This document shows, in pieces, positions 34,720 to 45,855 of a DNA stretch of 64,000 nucleotides. The notes under the pieces are model-generated. The model was not told the DNA's origin. It made no database searches and was given only the letters and a program-made list of their open reading frames with translations. Numbering within the stretch: the first letter of the stretch is position 1; each line of letters opens with the position of its first letter. The stretch is from the NCBI GenBank assembly GCA_034666125.1, contig JAXDML010000002.1:4613-68612 (forward strand). Reading direction: 5' to 3'. The DNA is from Candidatus Parcubacteria bacterium (GTDB taxonomy: Bacteria > Patescibacteriota > Minisyncoccia > Phycocordibacterales > Phycocordibacteraceae). Made by a program: the position numbers and the translations under genes.

Positions 34720-36726
34720 CTACACCCCGATCAGCACCGGAATGACCATCGGCGCCTTGTTCGTGCGGCTGAAGAGGTAGCCCGCCATCACGTCCGCAAG
34801 ATTGTTCTTCACGTAGTCAAGGTCGACGGGATTCATCCCGTGGGTCGAGTCCTCGACCGTCTTCTTGATAAGAAGACGCGCTTGGTTCAATAGGTCCTGC
34901 GATTCGCGGAGGTAGATGAACCCCCGCGAGATAATGTCCGGGGATTTCCGGAGCTTCCCGGTCTTGAGCGCGACGGTGGCGATGATGACAAACATGCCGT
35001 CCTTCGAGAGCATCTGGCGGTCGCGGATGACGACCTCCTGCATGTCGCCGATGGCGAAGCCGTCCACGACCAGCGGCGCCGACGGCACCTTCTCCTTGTG
35101 GACCTCCATGCGGTCGCCGTCGATGATGTCGATGACGCTGCCGTTATCGGCCACGACGATCGTCTCCTTCGCGCGCCCGGCCTGCTCCACGGCCTTCGCG
35201 TGCGACTTGGTCATGGAGTAGTAGCCGTAGGCGGGCATGAAGAACTTCGCGTTCACCTGCTGGTTGATCCAGATGAGCTCGCCCGTGTTGCCGTGCCCGG
35301 TCGAGTGCACGTCAGAGGAGCGGTAGTGGATGAGGGTCGCGCCGTTGCGGAACAGGTTGTCCTTCAGGCGCTGCACGCTTATCTCGTTGCCCGGGATGAC
35401 CGAGGACGAGAGGACGATGGTGTCGCGCTCGGTGAGCGTGATGGACTTATGCTGCTTGGTCGCGATGCGCATGAGCGCGGCGAACTCCTCGCCCTGGGCG
35501 CCGGTGGCGAGAATGACAATCTTGTCCGGAGGATAATCGCCGATCTCCTGCGCGGGGATGACGGTGTCCTTCTTGAGGGTCAGGAGGCCGGTCTTCTGCG
35601 CGATCTCGAGGTTCGTCTTGATGGAACGGCCCTCGGTGACGATCTTCTTGCCGAGGCGCTCGGCGGTCATGATGATATGGATCATGCGGTCGAACTGCGA
35701 GGCGAAGGTGCCGATGACGAGGCGACCTTTCACGGTGCGGATGATCTCCTCGAGAGTCTCGTGCACGCGCTTCTCCGGGATGGAGAAGCCGTCGCGCTCG
35801 GCGTTGGTGGAATCGGCGATGAAGAAGAGGTTCTTCTCCTTGCCGAGCCCGCCCCACTTCTTCTGCTCGGCGTCCGTAGGAATGCCGTTCTCGTGCTCGA
35901 GCTTCAGGTCGCCGGTGGCGATGACGTTGCCGTACGGCGTGCCGATGGCGATGCCCATGGCGTCCGGGATCGAGTGGGTCACGGGGAAGAAGTGCACCTT
36001 GCTATCGCCGATGGTGTGGGTGCTTCCCGGCTCCACGACTATGATATTAAGTTCGGGCATGTCCGGGTATTCCTCCTGGCGCTTCTGGATCATGACGGCA
36101 GAGAGGTTCTGCGTGTAGATCGGGGGATTCCCGAAGCGGTTCATCAAGAAGGGGATGCCGCCGATGTGGTCGAGATGACCGTGCGTGATGAAGACGGCGC
36201 GGACGCGGTCCTTGTTGTGCTCGAGGTACGCGGTGTTCGGGAGCATGTAGTCGACTCCCGGGGCGGACTCCTCCGATACGAACTGGAAGCCGGCGTCGAA
36301 GACGAAGATGTCGTTCTTCGTCTCGACGGCGATCATGTTGCGGCCGACCTCTTCGACGCCGCCGAGGGGTACGATGCGCACGACGTTCTCGGCTGCTGGT
36401 GCAGGGAAGTAGTCGGCACCGCGCGGCTTCGAGGCTGTAGGGCCCGGACGGCGCATACCCATGCCGCGGCGCGCATCGCGCATGCCGCGGTTACCGCCTC
36501 CTCCACGGCCTCCGCTATTCCTGCGTTGGCCATTCTGTCCGCCGGGACCTCCCGGACCGCGACGCGGGGGACGCGACGAAGGTCCTCCCTGGGGCCGGGA
36601 TACGTCGCGTGCCTGTGCGGGGCGGGGCGGGGCCGCGCTTCGATTCATGGCCGGGCGGGGTCCTGGACGCGATGCGCTCCCTCCTCGGGATTGCGGTGCG
36701 GGGGCCGGTGCTGGTGCTGGACTCAT
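34720..36726 (-). CDS. rnj: Ribonuclease J with long disordered N-terminal extension
   Basis: PLGGVEEVGRNM, THGHLDHIGG, HSIPD, DSTNA, VHSTGHG, PDIISRGF. Confidence 0.95.
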   Translation of the reverse strand: MSPAPAPAPAPQSRGGSASRPGPRPAMNRSAAPPRPAQARDVSRPQGGPSSRPPRRGPGGPGGQNGQRRNSGGRGGGGNRGMRDARRGMGMRRPGPTASKPRGADYFPAPAAENVVRIVPLGGVEEVGRNMIAVETKNDIFVFDAGFQFVSEESAPGVDYMLPNTAYLEHNKDRVRAVFITHGHLDHIGGIPFLMNRFGNPPIYTQNLSAVMIQKRQEEYPDMPELNIIVVEPGSTHTIGDSKVHFFPVTHSIPDAMGIAIGTPYGNVIATGDLKLEHENGIPTDAEQKKWGGLGKEKNLFFIADSTNAERDGFSIPEKRVHETLEEIIRTVKGRLVIGTFASQFDRMIHIIMTAERLGKKIVTEGRSIKTNLEIAQKTGLLTLKKDTVIPAQEIGDYPPDKIVILATGAQGEEFAALMRIATKQHKSITLTERDTIVLSSSVIPGNEISVQRLKDNLFRNGATLIHYRSSDVHSTGHGNTGELIWINQQVNAKFFMPAYGYYSMTKSHAKAVEQAGRAKETIVVADNGSVIDIIDGDRMEVHKEKVPSAPLVVDGFAIGDMQEVVIRDRQMLSKDGMFVIIATVALKTGKLRKSPDIISRGFIYLRESQDLLNQARLLIKKTVEDSTHGMNPVDLDYVKNNLADVMAGYLFSRTNKAPMVIPVLIGV

Positions 36727-36840
36727 AGTATGTAAGGTTAGGTTAATCGTTCGTATAATTTTTCTTGGTAGATTGGTACGTACCGTACCGTGATCAATCC
36801 ATGCAGCCTCGCACAAGGGTCATGAAGTGATCACGAAGCG

Positions 36841-38568
36841 CTACTTAACTAAGAAGGGCCAGATGAATTCGGTACGCCGGTACCAGTACCGCGCGCCCTG
36901 GAAACGGTCCGACGGCTCGATGATGTGCGCGAGCGCGACGCCCCTCAGGTCCTCGGGTATCGAATACAGGAAATCAGGCGTATGAGTGAAGACAGCCGGG
37001 AAGTCGCTGGCGATACGCTCGTTCGCGCGCGCGAGATCGGCAAGCGCCGCGTCACGATCGGTCTCCGTCCGCGCCCGTTCGAGAAGCTCGTCCACCTCGT
37101 CATTCGCGTATCCGGCGACGTTAAGACCCGGATCCTCGCGCTCGTCCGAATGCCAGAAGGCGTACAGGTCGGGATAGCTGCCGACGACCTCGCCGAAGAG
37201 GAGCGCGCCGTAGTCGCGGGGACGGATGACCGATTGGGTCAGTTCGCCCGGCGGATACAGCTCCACCGTTACCGGCACGCCGATGGCGTTCCAGTCGCTC
37301 TCGATCTTCGAAGCAAGGCCCTTCAGCTCCGGAACGTTCGAGGTCTTGAGCGTCACGGCGAGCGCCACGCCGTCCCTGCTCCACGACTGCAACTCGCCGT
37401 TCCACTCCCAGCCGTCCTCCTCGAGCATCGCGCGTGCAGTCTCGACGCGCATCGAAGGGTCAGGAAGAAGAAGGTCCGGGACGCCGGTCCCGGCAGGCAC
37501 CGGCCCGATGCTCGGCGTGGCGTACCCGCCGAGCACGTCCCGCACCAGGGCGGGCCGGTCGATGGCCGTCGAGAGCGCGTGGCGCACGGCCTCGTCCGCG
37601 AACAGCGGTTCGGCCGCCGGGTTGAAGAACACGCCGAAGATGCGGGAATAGGGAGCGCGAAGCGCGCCTTCTCGCGCTACGCCGTACGCGCTCTCGACCT
37701 GGCCGCCGCGCAGTCCCGAAAGGAGCGAGGCGTTATCCTCGAAGACGACGAAGCGGATGCGGTCGAGGTACGGGCGCCCGAGCACGTAGCCGGGGTTCGC
37801 CACGAGATCGTACTGCGTGATGCGCCCGTCGCCGTCCCGCGTTACGCCCGCCATCTTGAAGGGTCCCGCGCCGACGGGCTCGCTTGCGTACGGCGAGAAC
37901 GCAAACTCCTCGCTCGATACGCCTTGCCATACGCTTGAGGGCAGGATGCCGAGCGTCGCGTCCTCGAGGAACGGCGCATACGGCTCCGGCAGCGTGAAGC
38001 GTACCGTTCGGGCGTCGGTCGCTTCCACCTCGATATTCGCCCAGTTCGAGAGCACGGGGCTCTTAAGCGCCGGGTCCTTCGCTTTTTCCACGGTGAACAC
38101 GACGTCATCGGCGGTCACGGGACTGCCGTCCGAGAACTTCGCGTCCGCGCGGAGCGTGAACGTATACGTGCGCTCGTCTTCCGAACGCGCGAAACTCTCG
38201 GCCAATACCGGAACGGGATTGCCGTTGGCGTCATATCCCATGAGTCCCGCATACGCCAGGGCGGTCAGGTCGCGATCAGTGTCGGACAAGGCAAGCAGCG
38301 GATTCACGAAACGCGGGGCGCCTATGACCCCCTCCGTAAGAGTGCCGCCATATACCGGTACTTCCACCTGATACGCGCGCTCAAGCGCGACGATGCCCGC
38401 GAGGCTCGTGATCACGACGGCGAGTCCGAGCACGCGCGCGATGAGGCGGTCGCCGGGCGGGAGGCTCCGCAGATACGCGTTCAGCCGCGCGACGGGGCCG
38501 TGCCCGTATCCGGTCAGACTTTTTATGCTCCGGAACGTCCGTCCCGGTATTTCGGTAAAGGGAGCCAT
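36841..38568 (-). CDS. ABC peptide substrate-binding protein (family 5)
   Basis: GGTL.EG, YTFTLR...FSDGSPVTADDVVFT, PVGAGPF. Confidence 0.88.
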   Translation of the reverse strand: MAPFTEIPGRTFRSIKSLTGYGHGPVARLNAYLRSLPPGDRLIARVLGLAVVITSLAGIVALERAYQVEVPVYGGTLTEGVIGAPRFVNPLLALSDTDRDLTALAYAGLMGYDANGNPVPVLAESFARSEDERTYTFTLRADAKFSDGSPVTADDVVFTVEKAKDPALKSPVLSNWANIEVEATDARTVRFTLPEPYAPFLEDATLGILPSSVWQGVSSEEFAFSPYASEPVGAGPFKMAGVTRDGDGRITQYDLVANPGYVLGRPYLDRIRFVVFEDNASLLSGLRGGQVESAYGVAREGALRAPYSRIFGVFFNPAAEPLFADEAVRHALSTAIDRPALVRDVLGGYATPSIGPVPAGTGVPDLLLPDPSMRVETARAMLEEDGWEWNGELQSWSRDGVALAVTLKTSNVPELKGLASKIESDWNAIGVPVTVELYPPGELTQSVIRPRDYGALLFGEVVGSYPDLYAFWHSDEREDPGLNVAGYANDEVDELLERARTETDRDAALADLARANERIASDFPAVFTHTPDFLYSIPEDLRGVALAHIIEPSDRFQGARYWYRRTEFIWPFLVK

Positions 38569-38618
38569 GCTTTTTGCACGTAAGGACAGATGGGGCAGCG
38601 TGGCAGCCCGACCGTACG

Positions 38619-38852
38619 TTAGAACGTAAGGAAGTGGGTGATCGCGGTCAGCACGAACAGGACCGCGACGACTATCGTGGCGTTGAAAAGGAATTTCTCG
38701 GCGCCGCGCCGCTTATAGAACGTCGATGCGAAATTATCGCCGCCAAAAGCCCCTCCGAGGCCCGCGCCGCGCTGCTGGAGCACGATGCCGGCGATGAGGA
38801 GAAGGGAGAGCGTTATTTCTGCGTAAGGCAGGAATGCCATGAGTGACTCCAT
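38619..38852 (-). CDS. secG: Preprotein translocase subunit SecG
   Basis: IVLQQRGAGLGGAFGG...RRGAEKFL; two TM. Confidence 0.92.
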   Translation of the reverse strand: MESLMAFLPYAEITLSLLLIAGIVLQQRGAGLGGAFGGDNFASTFYKRRGAEKFLFNATIVVAVLFVLTAITHFLTF

Positions 38853-39070
38853 CTGTAGCTGAGAGAATACCATACATAGAGGAAAATGGGCAAGATACGC
38901 ATAGGCAAACAGTGCCCCGGTCGAGGCGACGCTGCCCTGTTTGCCTATGCGTGCCGCATCCGCTTGGCGGCCGATATCCTTTTCTATATACTGCAAGTAC
39001 TTCGGCAGGTTCCTGCAGGAATGTGCGATTTATTAGGAAGCCGCCAGGCGGCGCATAACTGAATTTCAAC

Positions 39071-39385
39071 ATGGCTAAGGCAACAAAAAATATCGCACTG
39101 TCCCCGCTCGGGGACCGCGTCGTGGTAGAGCCCGCGTCCAAGGAGGAGGTGTCGGCGTCCGGCATCATCATCCCGGATACGGCGAAGGCCGAGAAGCCGG
39201 AGCGGGGCACCGTCATCGCGGTCGGCCCCGGGAAGTTCGGCGACGATAACGAGCGCGTTCCGATGACCGTGAAGGTCGGGGATACGGTCATCTTTTCAAA
39301 GTACGGGTTCGACGAGGTGAAGGTCGATGGGAAGGAATACCTCATCCTCTCGGAATCCAGCGTGCTCGCGGTTGTTAACGATTAA
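39071..39385 (+). CDS. groES: Co-chaperonin GroES
   Basis: PLGDRVVV, SGIIIPD, AVGPG. Confidence 0.97.
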   Translation: MAKATKNIALSPLGDRVVVEPASKEEVSASGIIIPDTAKAEKPERGTVIAVGPGKFGDDNERVPMTVKVGDTVIFSKYGFDEVKVDGKEYLILSESSVLAVVND

Positions 39386-41032
<1,647 letters not shown>

Positions 41033-41049
41033 GATAGTAAGGACAAATG

Positions 41050-41082
41050 CAAGAAGCCGCGGCTATAGGCTGCGGCTTCTTG
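41050..41082 (+). terminator. Intrinsic terminator
   Basis: CAAGAAGCCGCGGC / GCTGCGGCTTCTTG. Confidence 0.8.
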
Positions 41083-41115
41083 ATATTCCCGCGCAGAGTC
41101 GTACACTATAGATAT

Positions 41116-41676
41116 ATGACTATCCTTTATATCCTGATCGCCATCCTGGTGGTGCTCGTGCTCTGGGTGATATTCGCGTACAACGGCTTCGTCGCCAAGG
41201 TGAACCGCGCGAAGGAGGCCTGGGCCGACATCGACGTGCAGATGAAGCGCCGCTACGACCTCATCCCGAATCTCGTGGAGACGGTGAAGGGATACGCGAC
41301 ACACGAGCGTGCGACCCTCGACAGCGTGACTGCCGCGCGTGCGAACGCCATGAACGCGCAGTCGATAGGGGAGCACGCGGAAGCCGAGAACATGCTCTCG
41401 GGCGCGCTCAAGTCCCTCTTCGCGGTCGCTGAGGCCTACCCGGACCTCAAGGCGAACACGAACTTCCTCGAGCTTCAGCGCGAGCTCTCCGACACCGAGA
41501 ACAAGATTATGGCCTCCCGCCGCTTCTACAACAGCACCGTGCAGGAACTCAATACGTCGGTCGAGTCGTTCCCGGGGAACGTCATCGCCGGCTCCTTCAG
41601 CTTCTCGAAGATGGACCTCTTCGAGCTCGCCGATGCCGATAGTGCTGCCCGCGAGCCCGTAAAGGTCGCTTTCTAA
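41116..41676 (+). CDS. lemA: LemA family protein
   Basis: IDVQMKRRYDLIPNLVETVKGYA.HE, AEAYPDLKAN. Confidence 0.95.
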   Translation: MTILYILIAILVVLVLWVIFAYNGFVAKVNRAKEAWADIDVQMKRRYDLIPNLVETVKGYATHERATLDSVTAARANAMNAQSIGEHAEAENMLSGALKSLFAVAEAYPDLKANTNFLELQRELSDTENKIMASRRFYNSTVQELNTSVESFPGNVIAGSFSFSKMDLFELADADSAAREPVKVAF

Positions 41677-41678
41677 TC

Positions 41679-42536
41679 ATGAACGAAAAGAAGATCGGTA
41701 GGTTCCGCGCGAGCTACCTGCTCGCGGCGGAAAGCTTCGAGTTCCTGCGCAAGGACAAGGAGATGCTCTGGGTGCCCTTAATGTCGTGCGCGGCAAGCTT
41801 CATCCTCGCTGCTGCGGTCATCGGACTCGGCTTCACTTATATACTGATGTTCGAGAACGTGTCTCCGCAGACGGACGATGCCATCTTCTACGTATTCCTC
41901 TTCCTGTTCTACATCGGAGCGACCTTCATTTTCACCTTCTTCCAGGGCGTCATCGCGGCCATGGTGCATATACGGGTCGGGGGCGGCGATCCGATGCTTT
42001 CCGATGGGCTTGCGAACTCCCTTAAGCGCACGGGCAAGATATTCCGCTGGTCGGTCGTAGCGGCGACCGTGGGGGTCGTCCTCAATCTCATTCAGGAGAA
42101 GCTCGGCTGGCTCGGAAGGATCCTCGGCTTCGCCGGCTCGGTCGCCTGGTCGGTGCTCACGTTCTTCATGGTACCCGTGCTCGTCCTCGAGGAAGGCACG
42201 ATCAAAGGCTCGCTCGAGCGCTCGGGCCGCCTCTTCAGGGAGGCCTGGGGCGAGACGCTCGTCATGAATTTCTCGCTCAGCCTCTTCTTCACGGCGCTTC
42301 ATCTCGTATGGATCGTCCTGTGCGGTGTTATCGTCTTCTTCTCTGCGGACAGCCTGGCGGCCCTCATACCCGTGGGAATCGCCTTCCTTGCCGGGTTCAT
42401 CCTCCTGGCGGTCGTCGGTTCCGTGCTCTCGGCGATATTCAAGACCGTGCTATACGAGTACGCGTCGAGCGGCAGGGTTCCGGATACCTTCACCCCGGAG
42501 CTCATCATGGGCGCGGTCAAGAAGAAGGGAGCATAA
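41679..42536 (+). CDS. Multi-TM membrane protein (DUF6159-like)
   Basis: Six hydrophobic segments; PVLVLE..RS..LF...WGE. Confidence 0.65.
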   Translation: MNEKKIGRFRASYLLAAESFEFLRKDKEMLWVPLMSCAASFILAAAVIGLGFTYILMFENVSPQTDDAIFYVFLFLFYIGATFIFTFFQGVIAAMVHIRVGGGDPMLSDGLANSLKRTGKIFRWSVVAATVGVVLNLIQEKLGWLGRILGFAGSVAWSVLTFFMVPVLVLEEGTIKGSLERSGRLFREAWGETLVMNFSLSLFFTALHLVWIVLCGVIVFFSADSLAALIPVGIAFLAGFILLAVVGSVLSAIFKTVLYEYASSGRVPDTFTPELIMGAVKKKGA

Positions 42537-42566
42537 CCCGAAGGCCGTTTTGCTATACTACGCGTG

Positions 42567-43073
42567 ATGGCACCCGGCGTACCGACACCCGTTCACGACG
42601 AGCTCCACCGCGTCGACGTTACGGGCATCATCTGGCGCAAGGACGAGGACGGGAAGTACCGCTACCTCATCACGAAGCGCGCGCCGCATAAGAAGGCGTG
42701 GCCGGGCAAGTGGACCGTTCCCGGAGGCGGCGTCCATGTCCATGACTACGTCAACGGCGAGGCGACGTACCAGAATGACGAAAGCCCGCAATGGTACAAC
42801 GCGATCGAGAAAGCGCTTCGCCGCGAATGCCTGGAGGAAGTCGGCGTCGAGGTAGACAGTGTCCAGTATCTGCTCGATGTCGCTTTTATCGGGCCTGACG
42901 GGATCCCGCGACTGGTCCTCAGTTATTTCTGCAGGTACGTACGCGGGGAAATAGCCCTTGACGACTCCGCTACCGAACACGCCTGGGTCACTGCGGAAGA
43001 AGCATCGTCGTACGACCTCATCCAGGGCATCGACCATGAAATACTCGAAGTGGAGAAACGTCTTTCTAATTAA
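42567..43073 (+). CDS. NUDIX hydrolase with an insertion in the box
   Basis: WPGKWTVPGG...ALRRECLEEVG. Confidence 0.85.
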   Translation: MAPGVPTPVHDELHRVDVTGIIWRKDEDGKYRYLITKRAPHKKAWPGKWTVPGGGVHVHDYVNGEATYQNDESPQWYNAIEKALRRECLEEVGVEVDSVQYLLDVAFIGPDGIPRLVLSYFCRYVRGEIALDDSATEHAWVTAEEASSYDLIQGIDHEILEVEKRLSN

Positions 43074-43078
43074 TACCT

Positions 43079-43963
43079 ATGGCAACCCTGTACCAAGACC
43101 GCTCGAATAACCTCTTCAAGACCTGGGCCCTTATGATCGGTTTCTTCATCGTGGTCATCCTGATCGGCTGGGTCATCGCCCTCTACTACAACGACTCCTC
43201 CATCCTGTATATCGCCGTCGCTTTCGCGCTCGTCATGAATGTCGGAAGCTACTGGTTCTCGGATAAGATCGTACTCAAGATGACGAACGCCAAGCCCGCG
43301 AGCCGCGAGGAATTCTTCGACCTCTATACCGTCACCGAGAACCTCGCCATCACCGCAGGGCTCCCGATGCCCAAGCTCTACGTCATCGACGATCCGGCGC
43401 CGAACGCCTTCGCAACCGGCCGCAATGAGAAACATGCCGTCGTCGCGGCCACTACCGGACTGCTCCAGCGGCTCGACCGCACCGAGCTCGAAGGGGTCAT
43501 CGCGCACGAGCTCTCGCACATCAAGAACCGGGACATGCTCGTCATGACGGTCGCGGTCGTGCTTGCGGGCTTCGTCGCCATCGTCGCCGATATCTTCCTG
43601 CGCATGTCCATGTTCGGCGGGGGAGATCGCGATAACGGGAAGGCGGGCGCACTTTTTGCCGTACTTGCCATCGTCGCCGTCATCCTTGCGCCTTTCGCGG
43701 CACAGCTCATCAAGCTCGCCATCTCACGCAGGCGGGAATATCTTGCCGATGCCTCGGGAGCGCTTCTGACCCGCTATCCGGAAGGGCTTGCGTCAGCGCT
43801 CCAGAAGATCAGCGCGGCAGCGACGCCCATGAAAAGCGCGAATCACGCGACCGCGCACCTCTTCATCGCCAATCCCTTCGGCGCGCAGGCGGGGAAGTTC
43901 GTGAATAAGCTCTTCTCCACGCATCCCCCGGTCGAAGAGCGCGTCAAGGCGCTGCTCACGTGA
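43079..43963 (+). CDS. htpX: Zinc metalloprotease HtpX (M48)
   Basis: PNAFATGR, HELSH, SRRREYLAD, STHPP. Confidence 0.95.
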   Translation: MATLYQDRSNNLFKTWALMIGFFIVVILIGWVIALYYNDSSILYIAVAFALVMNVGSYWFSDKIVLKMTNAKPASREEFFDLYTVTENLAITAGLPMPKLYVIDDPAPNAFATGRNEKHAVVAATTGLLQRLDRTELEGVIAHELSHIKNRDMLVMTVAVVLAGFVAIVADIFLRMSMFGGGDRDNGKAGALFAVLAIVAVILAPFAAQLIKLAISRRREYLADASGALLTRYPEGLASALQKISAAATPMKSANHATAHLFIANPFGAQAGKFVNKLFSTHPPVEERVKALLT

Positions 43964-44039
43964 TACTTTTCCGATCAATACCCTGAAAATACGGGGCTCC
44001 AGCAGGCTACGCCTCCGGTTCCAAATCATTACGATATAC

Positions 44040-44069
44040 TTGACATTCTGTCTATAACCTATATATAAT
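44040..44069 (+). promoter_or_regulatory. Consensus sigma70 promoter TTGACA-N18-TATAAT
   Basis: Read directly; followed by a ~185-nt multi-hairpin leader. Confidence 0.8.
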
Positions 44070-44110
44070 ATATCCAGTTTGAGAGTACCTTGCCAATAGA
44101 GGTATTTCTG

Positions 44111-44234
44111 GGCGGTTTCAGCCATAAGCGGCTTATATACTAGGCCTTTTACGGCTGAAACCGCCAACCATTGATGGTGGACGGGCAGCTAGGGACCGAA
44201 GCAATCGCTAGGCTCCGACACAACCTCCACCATC
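44111..44234 (+). repeat. Two long-range inverted repeats in the leader
   Basis: GGCGGTTTCAGCC 44111-23/44153-65; GATGGTGGA 44173-81/44226-34. Confidence 0.8.
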
Positions 44235-44261
44235 CAAGCATCACCACGAAGGGAGAAGGAC

Positions 44262-45827
44262 ATGCGCTTTCCGTTCCTCGGTCGCAATCGCGACGAAGAA
44301 GAAATCGAAGATGATGAAACGATCGACGCCGGACCCGTTACGTTCGCTCAGAACAGCCTGGACCCCAGGGCGGTCGTCGGCGAGAATGCGATCGGCCAGC
44401 TCGAGGCCGCAAGCATGGCAGCGGGGCAGAGAAAGCCTCAGCCGCCTTGCGGCGATGCGGTCCGCGACCTGGTCGGCCTGACCAACGAAGTGGCGGCAGA
44501 CTATTACGACCTCAGCCGCCGGGCCCTCGACGATCTCGGCGCCCAGTTCAGGGCTATCCGCGATTCGTCCGAGCAGCCGATCGAGGGGACCAATGCCCCG
44601 AGGCTGGACCGGTTGCGTGAGAGCGCGACCGCCATCCTCAAGCAGCGGGCCGCACGGCAGGTCAAGGCCGCAAGCCGCATCAATGAGCTTGCGGCCAAGA
44701 TCCGCATCCTGACCATCGGGATCGTCGGGGACCCTGGCCGCGAGGTCAAGTCCCTGAGAGCGCTGCTCGCGCTGATCCTGATCCCGTTCGCCACGGTCGC
44801 CTTGATCCTGGAGTTCATGTTGAACTTCGACGTCGTCCGCTTTGCGAGCGATCGCATGGTGTCCACGGCGTTTTCGGTCGCGGTCTCGATCTTCGGGATC
44901 TTGTTCGCCCACCTCGCGGCCACGGGCTACCGGGTGTGGGCCACGAATCGCGACGCCAAGGCCGCGTTCCTCGACCGCTTCGGTCCGGGACGAATGGCGA
45001 TCGACCAGGAAACCGGCCAGCGCGTCAACGTCCTGCCGATCGATGCAAAGCAGCGGCGGTTGAGCACCATCGGCCACGTCGGGCTCTTCGCCCTCGTGAG
45101 CTCGGTGCTCCTCTTCCGTCTCTATGTCATCGGGACGCAGGACGACCCCAATCTGGGGTCGATCGCCGGCACCCTCGCGTTTGCGTTCACCGTGTTCGGG
45201 CTCTACGCATTCGAGCTCTCGATGCCGGGGATCGAACATCCCCGACTGAAGGAGCTCCTCAGCATGAAGGAGGAGATGAACGACCTCCAGGGCGAGATGA
45301 GCGACCTGGAAAGCGGGGCCGACGAGTTCCGCGAGGAGCTCGACGGTCTCGTCGCCGAATACCAGCGCGACGCCGAAGCCGGGGCCGACCAGTCCCGCGC
45401 GAAGGCCGAGCAGGGCAGAGCGATCCGGGACGATTTCCTGGCGCGCTACGCCGAGCTCCAGGGGGCCAACCCCTGGTTCCGCGATCTCGCGGGGCAGCAG
45501 CTCGACGTGTTCTTCAAGTGGGTCGGGATCTCGCATCCTGACCTGCGCGAAGATCCGGCCTACCAGCCGTCCCCGGAGAACATCCGGGCGATAGTGGAGG
45601 GCAACCTCCAGCTCGAGGACGTGCCGGACTATGCCGACATCGTGAACTATGAGCCCCAGGCGGCGGACTCGACGGCAGCGGCGGGCGTGAGCTCGCAATC
45701 GCTGTTCGACGAGATCTGGTCGTCGGTCATCGGCAGCGCCGAAGCGCGCGTCCGCAAACCGGATGCGCCCGTCGTCGCGGGAATTCCTCACCCGAGGATC
45801 CGTTTGGCCGGCGTCTCCCGCCGTTAG
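44262..45827 (+). CDS. Hypothetical 4-TM protein flanked by coiled coils
   Basis: SD-led ATG; two TM hairpins; heptad region LLSMKEEMNDLQGEMSDLESG. Confidence 0.75.
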   Translation: MRFPFLGRNRDEEEIEDDETIDAGPVTFAQNSLDPRAVVGENAIGQLEAASMAAGQRKPQPPCGDAVRDLVGLTNEVAADYYDLSRRALDDLGAQFRAIRDSSEQPIEGTNAPRLDRLRESATAILKQRAARQVKAASRINELAAKIRILTIGIVGDPGREVKSLRALLALILIPFATVALILEFMLNFDVVRFASDRMVSTAFSVAVSIFGILFAHLAATGYRVWATNRDAKAAFLDRFGPGRMAIDQETGQRVNVLPIDAKQRRLSTIGHVGLFALVSSVLLFRLYVIGTQDDPNLGSIAGTLAFAFTVFGLYAFELSMPGIEHPRLKELLSMKEEMNDLQGEMSDLESGADEFREELDGLVAEYQRDAEAGADQSRAKAEQGRAIRDDFLARYAELQGANPWFRDLAGQQLDVFFKWVGISHPDLREDPAYQPSPENIRAIVEGNLQLEDVPDYADIVNYEPQAADSTAAAGVSSQSLFDEIWSSVIGSAEARVRKPDAPVVAGIPHPRIRLAGVSRR

Positions 45828-45855
45828 CACCGCTATGCGGTAGAAAGGAGCAAGC

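Noticed and set aside
38940-39070. CIRCE element upstream of groES
   Set aside because: No TTAGCACTC-N9-GAGTGCTAA match is visible.
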